DNA of 15,303 nucleotides from Candidatus Thermofontivivens primus. GTDB taxonomy: Bacteria > Sysuimicrobiota > Sysuimicrobiia > Sysuimicrobiales > Thermofontiviventaceae. Positions 7,669 to 15,156 of this stretch are shown here, in pieces; the stretch's first letter is position 1; each line of letters starts with the position of its first letter. Below the pieces are notes generated by a model. It was not told the DNA's origin and ran no database searches. It worked only from the letters and a program-made list of their open reading frames with translations. Where the stretch lies: assembly GCA_031458695.1 (NCBI GenBank), contig JAVKJW010000012.1:1-15303 (forward strand), read 5' to 3'. The position numbers and the translations under genes are program-made.

Positions 7669-8778
7669 ATGCGATTCGTGGATGAATACCGTAGCGAGGA
7701 GAATGCCCGGAAGCTTGTCCAGGCGATCCACAAGCTTGTTACCCAGCCCTGGACGGTTATGGAAGTGTGCGGGGGACAGACCCACACCCTCATCAAGTCC
7801 GGTATCGACAGGTTATTGCCTGAGTTCGTGACCGTTGTCCACGGTCCCGGTTGCCCCGTCTGCGTGACCCCGCTGGAGCTTATCGATAAAGCAATCGCCA
7901 TCGCCCGTCGTCCAGAAGTGATCTTCGCCTCCTTTGGGGATATGTTACGGGTCCCCGGGAGCGGGACTGACCTCCTCAGTGTGAAGGCGCAGGGAGGAGA
8001 TGTCCGCATCGTGTATTCTCCCCTGGATGCTTTGAGGATCGCCCAGAGGAACCCTGATCGCCAAGTGGTTTTCTTCGCCGTGGGGTTTGAGACCACAGCC
8101 CCGGCCAATGCCATGGCCGTCTGGCAGGCTAGGCAACTTGGCTTGACGAACTTCTCCATCCTCTGCGCCCACGTACGGGTTCCTCCTGCCATCGAAGCGA
8201 TCCTGAGCTCCCCTGAAAACAGGGTGCAGGGGTTCCTCGCCGCTGGCCACGTCTGCACCGTCATGGGCTACTGGGAATATGAACCGATCGCCGAGAAGTA
8301 CCGTGTGCCCATTGTGGTCACGGGGTTCGAACCGCTGGATCTCCTCCAGGGGATCTACATGGTTCTGAGGGCGCTTGAGGAAGGGCGCTACGGGGTGGAG
8401 AATCAGTACAGTCGCTCCGTGCGCAGGGAAGGGAATGTGCATGCCCAGAGGCTGATGGACGAGGTTTTCGAGGTCTGCGACCGCACCTGGCGCGGCATCG
8501 GCCTCATCCCCCGGAGCGGGTACCGCCTGCGGGAGGAGTTTGCTTGCTTTGATGCTGAGCGGAGGTTCGAGGTGGACCACGTGGCTGCGGTGGAATCTTC
8601 CCTCTGCATTGCCGGGGAGGTCCTGCAGGGCGCGAAGAAGCCCTACCAATGCCAGGCTTTTGCGACCCTCTGTACTCCGGAACATCCTCTTGGTGCTCCA
8701 ATGGTCTCCGCTGAGGGGGCCTGCGCCGCATATTACCAGTACGGGAGGGCAAAGTTCCTACCGAGCCTCTCTGTGTAG
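7669..8778 (+). CDS. hypD: Hydrogenase maturation protein HypD
   Basis: [24 protein letters not shown] and a C-terminal [4Fe-4S] Cys set ending [12 protein letters not shown]. Confidence 0.97.
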   Translation: MRFVDEYRSEENARKLVQAIHKLVTQPWTVMEVCGGQTHTLIKSGIDRLLPEFVTVVHGPGCPVCVTPLELIDKAIAIARRPEVIFASFGDMLRVPGSGTDLLSVKAQGGDVRIVYSPLDALRIAQRNPDRQVVFFAVGFETTAPANAMAVWQARQLGLTNFSILCAHVRVPPAIEAILSSPENRVQGFLAAGHVCTVMGYWEYEPIAEKYRVPIVVTGFEPLDLLQGIYMVLRALEEGRYGVENQYSRSVRREGNVHAQRLMDEVFEVCDRTWRGIGLIPRSGYRLREEFACFDAERRFEVDHVAAVESSLCIAGEVLQGAKKPYQCQAFATLCTPEHPLGAPMVSAEGACAAYYQYGRAKFLPSLSV

Positions 8779-8817
8779 ACCGTGAAGACCGTGTAGACTG
8801 TGTAGACCGTGTAGACC
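8771..8817 (+). repeat. 9-bp tandem array 4 at the hypD-hypE junction
   Basis: C TGTGTAGAC CGTGAAGAC CGTGTAGAC TGTGTAGAC CGTGTAGAC C. The TAG of the first unit (8776-8778) is the hypD stop. Confidence 0.95.
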
Positions 8818-8842
8818 ATACTCGGGGAGGGTGAAACACGGA

Positions 8843-9880
8843 ATGTTTGAATGCCCAGTTCCCATTCACGAGTACCCCACCATCCTGCTGGCCCATGGGG
8901 GAGGGGGGCGGCTGACCCAAATGCTCATTGAACGCATGTTCCTCCCCGCCTTCCGCAACCCTGCTCTGGAGGTCCTTCACGACGGCGCCGTGGTAGAGGT
9001 CAATGGGACACGCCTTGCCTTCACCACCGATTCCTTCGTTGTCAGCCCCCTTTTCTTCCCGGGAGGAGATATCGGGACGCTGGCCGTGCACGGGACTGTA
9101 AACGACCTGGCCATGTGTGGTGCACGGCCCCTTGCCCTCTCGAGTAGTTTCATCCTTGAGGAGGGGCTCTCCATGGAGACCCTCTGGCGGATTGTGCAGT
9201 CTGTGGAGCGGTCTGCACGGAGAGTAGGGGTACCCATTGTCACTGGCGATACGAAGGTGGTAGACCGGGGCAAAGGAGACGGCGTATACATCAACACAGC
9301 CGGCCTTGGCATCGTCCCTGAAGGCATCCATCTCTCCCCCCTTCGGGCCCGTCCCGGTGATGTCGTGCTCATCAACGGGGCCATTGCAATCCATGGGATT
9401 GCGATCCTCTCTGTGCGGGAGGGTTTGGAGTTTGAGACAGAGCTGGAAAGCGACACCGCACCGCTCGATGATCTTGTGGCCCGTATCCTGGAGGTAGCCG
9501 GGGAGAAGGTCCACGTGCTGCGGGATCCAACCCGCGGTGGCTTGGCCAGCGCCCTGAACGAGATCGCCTCCCGGGCAAAGGTGGGCATCCGATTGGAGGA
9601 GGGGAAGATCCCCATCTGGGAGGAGGTCCGCGGGGCGTGTGAGATTCTCGGCCTGGATCCTCTCTACGTCGCCAATGAAGGGAAGTGCTTGGCGATCGTT
9701 GCTCGGGAGGCTGCCGAAGCTGTTCTTGAGGCTATGCGAAGGCATCCCCTAGGGAGGGAAGCAGCCATCATCGGGGAGGTCGTGGAAGATGATCCGGGAA
9801 AGGTGATCCTGCGGAGCCGCATCGGCGGGATGCGGGTCGTGGACATGCTCAGCGGCGAGCAGCTTCCCCGCATTTGTTGA
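8843..9880 (+). CDS. hypE: Hydrogenase maturation protein HypE (carbamoyl dehydratase)
   Basis: LAHGGGG, FTTDSFVV, GTVNDLAM, GDTKVV, RDPTRGG, ANEGK and terminal LPRIC. ATG 8843 is preferred over GTG 8831, which abuts the GGAGG SD. Confidence 0.97.
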   Translation: MFECPVPIHEYPTILLAHGGGGRLTQMLIERMFLPAFRNPALEVLHDGAVVEVNGTRLAFTTDSFVVSPLFFPGGDIGTLAVHGTVNDLAMCGARPLALSSSFILEEGLSMETLWRIVQSVERSARRVGVPIVTGDTKVVDRGKGDGVYINTAGLGIVPEGIHLSPLRARPGDVVLINGAIAIHGIAILSVREGLEFETELESDTAPLDDLVARILEVAGEKVHVLRDPTRGGLASALNEIASRAKVGIRLEEGKIPIWEEVRGACEILGLDPLYVANEGKCLAIVAREAAEAVLEAMRRHPLGREAAIIGEVVEDDPGKVILRSRIGGMRVVDMLSGEQLPRIC

Positions 9881-9887
9881 CTCGAAT

Positions 9888-9927
9888 CCCCCTCACCCTG
9901 CACCCTCTCCCACCAGGGGAGAGGGGA
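9888..9927 (+). repeat. REP/BoxC-like palindromic element downstream of hypE (possible end-of-operon hairpin)
   Basis: CCCCCTCACCCTGCACCCTCTCCC-ACCAG-GGGAGAGGGGA: a pyrimidine tail plus a CCCTCTCCC/GGGAGAGGG stem. A second copy lies at 6780-6813. No U-tract. Confidence 0.8.
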
Positions 9928-10067
9928 TGGTGGGAAAATCTCACAGGGATAGGCTTACACGGATTGACTACCTCGGATAGCCTGCATTTGCTATTGGTCC
10001 GTCCCATCGCCTTTGTCAGAATAGTTTCTGGAAATACGTATCCATTGGTTCGCGAGGAGGTGTCAGG

Positions 10068-10853
10068 ATGAGGGCGAACAAAGCGACACGAAGGGAGTTT
10101 CTCGTTGGATTGGGAGGAGCTGCCCTGGGAATCGGGTTGAGCGGGGTTACAGGCTTGCTGACCGCGCATTCCCAGGAGAAACCGGGTACCCCAGAGCTTC
10201 CCTGGCCCTACGCGAAGCTCGACCCGGTGGCTGCTGCGGAAAGGGCCTACGAGGCCTATTACAAAGGTGGGTGTATGTTCGGGGTCTTTGAAGGCATCGT
10301 GGGGGAACTCAGAGCAAAAGTCGGAGCGCCTTACACCGCCCTCCCAACGCAATTCGCCATCTACGGGAAGGCGGGGGTGGCTGGCTGGGGGACTCTCTGC
10401 GGGGCCCTGAACGGCGCGGCTGCAGCCGTCTACCTTGTCGTCCCTCCCAAGGATGGAGACCTGATCATCGACGAGATCTACACCTGGTATGGACAGACGG
10501 GCCTACCGGACTATAAACCGAAATCCCCGAAATTCCAGATCGCTCCTTCGGTCTCGGGCTCTCCCCTCTGCCACGTCTCGGTGACCCGCTGGTGTGAGGC
10601 CACGGGGTTCAAGGCGCTCTCCCCGGAGCGGGCCGAGCGATGTGGCTGGCTCACGGCCTCTGTGGCAAAGTACACGGTGGAGCAGTTAAATAAGTATGCA
10701 GATAAGGCGTTTGCAGTTGCGCACCCGATCCCCAAAGAGGTCACCACATGCCTAGCCTGCCACGGCAAAGGTGGCGTGAAGGAGAACGTCCACATGAGCA
10801 AAGCCGTCTCCTGCACCCAGTGCCACTTCAGCCTGGGCACGAAGCATCCGTGA
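10068..10853 (+). CDS. Tat-exported split-Soret cytochrome c-like protein (C_GCAxxG_C_C family domain plus two CxxCH)
   Basis: Strong SD GAGGAGGT. TRREFL twin-arginine signal. Conserved GGCMFG, GWGTLCGALNG, SPLCHVSV and ERCGWLTA. Heme motifs CLACH and CTQCH. Confidence 0.85.
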   Translation: MRANKATRREFLVGLGGAALGIGLSGVTGLLTAHSQEKPGTPELPWPYAKLDPVAAAERAYEAYYKGGCMFGVFEGIVGELRAKVGAPYTALPTQFAIYGKAGVAGWGTLCGALNGAAAAVYLVVPPKDGDLIIDEIYTWYGQTGLPDYKPKSPKFQIAPSVSGSPLCHVSVTRWCEATGFKALSPERAERCGWLTASVAKYTVEQLNKYADKAFAVAHPIPKEVTTCLACHGKGGVKENVHMSKAVSCTQCHFSLGTKHP

Positions 10854-10860
10854 GAACAGG

Positions 10861-10876
10861 AGGATCGGAAGATCCT
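10861..10876. terminator. Small hairpin between convergent genes, possible terminator or pause site
   Basis: AGGATC-GGAA-GATCCT in the gap between two converging stop codons. No U-tract, so support is weak. Confidence 0.3.
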
Positions 10877-12177
10877 TAGAGGAGCCAGAGGACGAGGGTC
10901 CCAAGAGCTGTCATGACAGCACCTGCTGTGATCTTGAAACTCCTCGCGTGGGCAAGCTGCCATGCGCGAAGCTTCTCTGCAGAGTGGCGATTTCCCACTA
11001 GGAGGAGAATGACAACCAGCGGGCTCACGAAGATAAGGTTATAGAGGGTGAGGTAACCTAGCCCTATAAGTCTTGTAGCCTGAGATCCCAGGATCGCCAG
11101 GATCGAAACATATGTGCCCCCAGAGCAGGGGAGGGCGCAGATCCCGAGCAGGCTTCCGAAGACGAAGGCGCCTGCCCCACTTCCCCTTCGCATCCATGCT
11201 CCCATAGCGTGCCAGCCAATCTGAGGAATCCTCGGCCGCAGAGGGAGGGGAACTCCAGCCCCATCAGCAAGGGTCCAGAGGCCGACAAGAATCAATCCCG
11301 CGGCGCCAAGAGTGGAGACGAGGTGGTAGCGGCCGATGAAGCTAAGCCCCTGGAGGAAGCCAAACCCTAGCAGGAAGTAAGTGATGAATACTCCGGCGAC
11401 GGCTACACCTCCGAGGGTCATTACCTGCATGCGCGTCCGCTGCAGAGCGAAGAGCACGGCAAGGAACAGCAGCAGCCCTGCGGCGTTGCAGGGTGTCAGG
11501 CTGTCGGCGAATCCCCCGGCGACGGCAAGGAGGAATAAAGGCCGGGATGTAATTGGGACGACCGGCCGGTCGCCCTTGTTGAGGCGAGGTACTCCCGCTC
11601 CTACCTTCCTCTCCAGGAGGTAACGGCCCACTGGGGTACCAATAGGATACTCTCGGACTGGTCCGTGAAATGCCCACACCTTATAGCTCGTACCCCCGTG
11701 CATCTCGTCCTGGAAAAGGACGAGACGGAGGGAGGGGTCCTGTTTCAAATGTTCCAGTGCCTCCCGGATGAGCGCCGCCGGGGGCATCCCCTCGAGGACC
11801 AAGCGGTTGGCGAAGACAGCCATGTGCGCCCAGAGTTCCCGGGGAATCCCGGAGCGCTCCTGGACACGGATGTAATCTGCCGCTGCATTCGGGCCTGAGG
11901 CGAGATCGATCACGAGCCCCCGCTCGAACCCAGCCTCTTTGAGGAGCGGAAATACTTCCTGCACAAGGTAGACCTCGCACATCTGGCACCGGGAGCTGAC
12001 GTAGATGGAAACCTCGGGCTGGGAAGGTCCTGCCCACAATGGTACAGAAAGCAAGAGGGATGTAAAGATTGTTGCAGCTAGGAATGCGTGAAGAAGGGAG
12101 ATTACCAGAAACTTCACGCTCCTCCCTAAGTCCGTCCTGCGCAGGAGTAGGTCATGAATTGTCCCCCTTTCAGGCAT
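10876..12177 (-). CDS. Thioredoxin/glutaredoxin-like (CxxC) domain fused to a CcdA/DsbD-beta-type membrane domain; cytochrome c biogenesis thiol reduction
   Basis: N-terminal hydrophobic signal or anchor, then VSIYVSSRCQMC. The membrane domain has the two Pro-Cys motifs (DSLTPC and ALPCSGGTY) and YNLIFVSPL. The start is ATG 12177 (7 nt after the cytochrome stop) or GTG 12117. Confidence 0.8.
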   Translation of the reverse strand: MPERGTIHDLLLRRTDLGRSVKFLVISLLHAFLAATIFTSLLLSVPLWAGPSQPEVSIYVSSRCQMCEVYLVQEVFPLLKEAGFERGLVIDLASGPNAAADYIRVQERSGIPRELWAHMAVFANRLVLEGMPPAALIREALEHLKQDPSLRLVLFQDEMHGGTSYKVWAFHGPVREYPIGTPVGRYLLERKVGAGVPRLNKGDRPVVPITSRPLFLLAVAGGFADSLTPCNAAGLLLFLAVLFALQRTRMQVMTLGGVAVAGVFITYFLLGFGFLQGLSFIGRYHLVSTLGAAGLILVGLWTLADGAGVPLPLRPRIPQIGWHAMGAWMRRGSGAGAFVFGSLLGICALPCSGGTYVSILAILGSQATRLIGLGYLTLYNLIFVSPLVVILLLVGNRHSAEKLRAWQLAHARSFKITAGAVMTALGTLVLWLL

Positions 12178-12184
12178 TGTCGTC

Positions 12185-13480
12185 CTACATTTTCTGGCGC
12201 TCAATCTCCCTGGCCTTGAGGAAGAGTAAGATAGCGGTTCCCACCAGGATGACCAGCGCGATGGAGAGTCCCCGCCTCCGGAACTGTACTTCGGCAAGCC
12301 CGGCCTTGCCTGCCGCAACACCCTTCTCCGCGAACTTCAAGCCTTCTGTGGTAACAGCCTCCACCTGCTTGGGGTTGAAGCTGTGGATAACGTTCCTGGC
12401 CTGGATGAGTCGTGTCTGGGCTTCCTGCAAGGTGAGGCGGGCATCGCTCATCTCCACTCCGGCGTTCGCTGCCTTGGCGACCAAAGTCTCCGCCTCCGCA
12501 AGCCTGCTCTTGAGGGTCTCCAAAGATGCGCGCATCGCCTGGGCGGCAGCAAGCCCCTTGGACCCCGGTTCGTGGCATCGGGTACAGAAGGCCTCTGGCC
12601 CTGTCCCGATCATCTCATCCGTCGGACGTGCCACCTCGTGGTTCCCATGACATGTCGAACATTCAGGGAGCCCCATTCTGTCGAAGGCCACCTTGTGGGG
12701 GCTCTTCACGAAGAGGTCCCGGGTTGCGCTGTGGCATACAGAGCAGACGTTGGCGACCGACTCCACCCCGGGCGGGACAGCCCCATGGTTCCCGTGGCAT
12801 CCGTTGCACGCCGGGGCGAGGCGGTTCCCCCGCTGCAGGAGGGCCTCTCCGTGGATGGATCGTTTGTATTTGGCGAGCTGGTCTGTAGGGATCCCGTAGC
12901 CCTTCATGTAGGCAGGATCGGCGTGGCATCGCCCACACGTCGTGGGAATGTTCGTGGCGTACACGGGTGACCTCGGATCGCTTACCGCGCGCACCGGGTG
13001 AACTCCATGACAGCTCGTGCACGTGGCCACCTTTGTATCACCCCTGACCAGGCGCTGCCCGTGCACGCTCGTCCTGTACTCTGCGACTTGGTCCGTGCGT
13101 ATCCTTGGGTTGTAGCGCCGCATGTATGCTGGGTCGCTGTGGCAACGCCCGCAGAACGCCGGGACCTCGGAGGGCTTTGGAGTCCCTAGGTAGCCAGCTC
13201 GCGGGTCCATAGCATCCATCCCAATGCGTTTTGGATCGCCACCGTGACAACTGGAACAGCTGAGGCCCCGTTTGGCATGAACATCTGCGTCCATCCCCTT
13301 GACGGGGGCGGCAAGGCGTCCCTCAAGGGCTTGGTGACAGGTCACGCAGCTCTCCTGCTGGGCAACAGAGGGAGAAGGGGATCCAACAATGAGAAGCACG
13401 AAAAATAGGATTGCGCGTAGCAAGGCACGAAGCGCAGCGGAGTGCCGTAAAGAATTTCTCAGGAAAGTTTGGCTTCTCAT
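12185..13480 (-). CDS. Membrane-anchored nonaheme cytochrome c
   Basis: Sec-type signal and nine CxxCH motifs (CVTCH, CSSCH, CGRCH, CTSCH, CGRCH, CNGCH, CSVCH, CSTCH, CTRCH). Recurring SxH distal-ligand motifs, a helical stalk and a C-terminal TM helix. Confidence 0.92.
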   Translation of the reverse strand: MRSQTFLRNSLRHSAALRALLRAILFFVLLIVGSPSPSVAQQESCVTCHQALEGRLAAPVKGMDADVHAKRGLSCSSCHGGDPKRIGMDAMDPRAGYLGTPKPSEVPAFCGRCHSDPAYMRRYNPRIRTDQVAEYRTSVHGQRLVRGDTKVATCTSCHGVHPVRAVSDPRSPVYATNIPTTCGRCHADPAYMKGYGIPTDQLAKYKRSIHGEALLQRGNRLAPACNGCHGNHGAVPPGVESVANVCSVCHSATRDLFVKSPHKVAFDRMGLPECSTCHGNHEVARPTDEMIGTGPEAFCTRCHEPGSKGLAAAQAMRASLETLKSRLAEAETLVAKAANAGVEMSDARLTLQEAQTRLIQARNVIHSFNPKQVEAVTTEGLKFAEKGVAAGKAGLAEVQFRRRGLSIALVILVGTAILLFLKAREIERQKM

Positions 13481-13489
13481 GAGATTCCC

Positions 13490-14566
13490 TCACATTGCGG
13501 GCAGGGCAAGCCCGAGGATGGTCATGATCACGAGATAAGCGACTGCGAGAATCCCTAAGGTCGTCACCCATCTGTTCTGCTGCTCCCGCTGTGCCCACAC
13601 GTCCAAGAAGGGGACCAGGAGGAGCACCAGCCCCCCGACCAGAAACGCCATGATGCCCACCATTTCTCCCTCGAACAGGAAGATCTTGCTGGGGAGAAGC
13701 TTCAGCGTTTGAAACATGAACAGGAAGTACCACTCTGGCTTGATCCCCGGAGGAGCCGGAGCGAGAGGGTCGGCCTTCTCGCCCAAAGGCCAAGGGTAGA
13801 GAGTGGCGAGAGTCCCCAAGAGCGCAAGGACGAGGATCCAAACCGCCAGGTCTCGGAGGAGGAAGTCTGGATAGAAGGAGATCTCCCGCTCCGCCCGTAC
13901 CGAAATGGGGCGGCTCATCCCGTGGACCTGCACGAGGGCGAGATGAATGCCGAGGATCACTGTAGCGAGCGCCGGAAGGATGGCCACATGGATCCCGAAG
14001 AACCTGCTAAGCGTCGCCTCGGTGACGTCTTCACCACCTCGCAGGAGGAGCATAACGTACTTCCCCACCAGCGGGACGTCTCCTGCAATTTCCGTACCAA
14101 CCTTCGTGGCAAAGAAGGCCAGCTTATTCCAGGGAAGGAGGTAGCCCGTAAATGCAAACGCTAGGGTCAGGAAGAGCATGAGAGCCCCGCTCACCCAGGT
14201 GAATTCCCTGGGACGTCGATATGCTCGGTAGAAGAAGGTACTGAACATATGCACGAAGACCCACCCGACCATCAGGTTCGCCGACCAGCTGTGGATGGAA
14301 CGGATCAGCCATCCGAAGCGCACCTTGGACATGATGAATTGGACGCTCTCATAGGCTGCGTCAGCGGAGGGCCGGTAGTATAACAAAAGGAGGATCCCGG
14401 TGATCACCTGAACCAGGAACAGGAAGAGGGTGATGCCTCCAAAATAATAGACGAAGCTGTAGCGGTGTATAGGGACCGTCTTGTGACGGAGGAATTCCAC
14501 GATTGCCCGCAGGCGCAGGCGTTCCTCGCTCCACCTCTGCCACGTCCCGTAGCGCTCCTCAGCCAT
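13490..14566 (-). CDS. petB: Cytochrome b of a Rieske/cytochrome b complex (b6-like and subunit IV-like parts in one chain)
   Basis: Heme b ligands SIHSWSANLMVGWVFVHM and GIHVAILPALATVILGIHL. Also GWLIRS, TGYLLPW and the Qo motif IKPEWYFL. Confidence 0.93.
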   Translation of the reverse strand: MAEERYGTWQRWSEERLRLRAIVEFLRHKTVPIHRYSFVYYFGGITLFLFLVQVITGILLLLYYRPSADAAYESVQFIMSKVRFGWLIRSIHSWSANLMVGWVFVHMFSTFFYRAYRRPREFTWVSGALMLFLTLAFAFTGYLLPWNKLAFFATKVGTEIAGDVPLVGKYVMLLLRGGEDVTEATLSRFFGIHVAILPALATVILGIHLALVQVHGMSRPISVRAEREISFYPDFLLRDLAVWILVLALLGTLATLYPWPLGEKADPLAPAPPGIKPEWYFLFMFQTLKLLPSKIFLFEGEMVGIMAFLVGGLVLLLVPFLDVWAQREQQNRWVTTLGILAVAYLVIMTILGLALPAM

Positions 14567-14575
14567 GATGACGGT

Positions 14576-15022
14576 TTATCCCTTTCGGGAGACGATGATG
14601 TTGTCTCCCTTCACCGTGACCTGATACTCCTCGAGCGGCCGCGGCGGTGGTCCTGAGATGACTTGTCCTCTGAGGTCGTAGTGTCCGTCGTGGCATGCGC
14701 ACCAAATATGGGCAAGGTCGGGCCGGTACTGCACCGTACAGGCGAGGTGCGTGCACACTGCGGTGAAGGCACGGAGCTGGCCGTCGGGGGTATTAATGAG
14801 GATGGCCGGTTTCCCTCCGAACGGAAAGATCTTTCCAGAGTTGGGTGCCAGCTCCCCGACTTTCGCAGCGATCACGCTTCCCCCGGTCACCTCGGTGACC
14901 TTCGGCGGGATGAGGTATCTTGTGAGAGGGTAAAGGACGATGCCCGCCAGGCCAAGGAGGCCCGCTCCGAGAAGATAGTCCAAGAAGGTCCGCCTTGTGA
15001 TCCGGCGCTCCGCAGATTCCAT
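14576..15022 (-). CDS. petC: Rieske [2Fe-2S] subunit of a Rieske/cytochrome b complex
   Basis: TRRTFL Tat motif plus TM helix. Box I CTHLAC, box II CACHDG and GPPPRPL. ATG 15022 is preceded by GAGGAGGGTGGA. Confidence 0.93.
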   Translation of the reverse strand: MESAERRITRRTFLDYLLGAGLLGLAGIVLYPLTRYLIPPKVTEVTGGSVIAAKVGELAPNSGKIFPFGGKPAILINTPDGQLRAFTAVCTHLACTVQYRPDLAHIWCACHDGHYDLRGQVISGPPPRPLEEYQVTVKGDNIIVSRKG

Positions 15023-15156
15023 TGCGGGTCCACCCTCCTCTCCCCTCAACTCAGTGGCTCCAGCAAAATTGGACAAGGATTCGCTGGGGATTCCATTCTG
15101 CAGGAGAGGTTCCTATGCAAGGTCTTTCGACTCTTGCCGGAGTACTTCGGTACTTT

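Noticed and set aside
3493..8817. 9-bp arrays as a CRISPR array
   Set aside because: Units are contiguous and only 9 bp, with no unique spacers and no cas genes in the window.
8504..9745. 413-aa minus-strand ORF, plus other long antisense ORFs (352-963, 7608-8264, 7945-8685, 8977-9615, 12069-12650, 12383-12970)
   Set aside because: They are shadows of well-supported genes on the opposite strand in GC-rich DNA and have no recognisable motifs.
6780..9925. Invertible segment or transposon bounded by the two inverted 34-bp palindromes
   Set aside because: No recombinase or transposase is present, inversion would break hypF, and gene order is normal.
9960..10045. Sigma70 promoter candidates (TTGACT 9964, TTGTCA 10013) and palindrome CAGAA-TAGT-TTCTG (10017-10030)
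   Set aside because: No convincing -10 box at proper spacing, and the 5-bp palindrome could be chance.
9874..10071. 65-aa ORF bridging hypE and the Tat cytochrome
   Set aside because: TTG start without SD, runs through the palindromic repeat and has no recognisable features. The region is more likely regulatory.
12178..12321. 5' extension of the CcdA-like ORF to 12321; likewise the track starts at 15076 (Rieske), 7046 (HypC-like), 4687 (hypF) and 3530 (hypA)
   Set aside because: They overlap upstream genes or lack an SD. Downstream starts fit SD position and family N-termini better.
15100..15156. c-di-GMP-I riboswitch or sigma54 promoter
   Set aside because: A GAAA-capped stem is present, but the GGCAAA...GACGCAAA context and second stem are not. 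The GGCA-TTGC spacing is too long for -24/-12.
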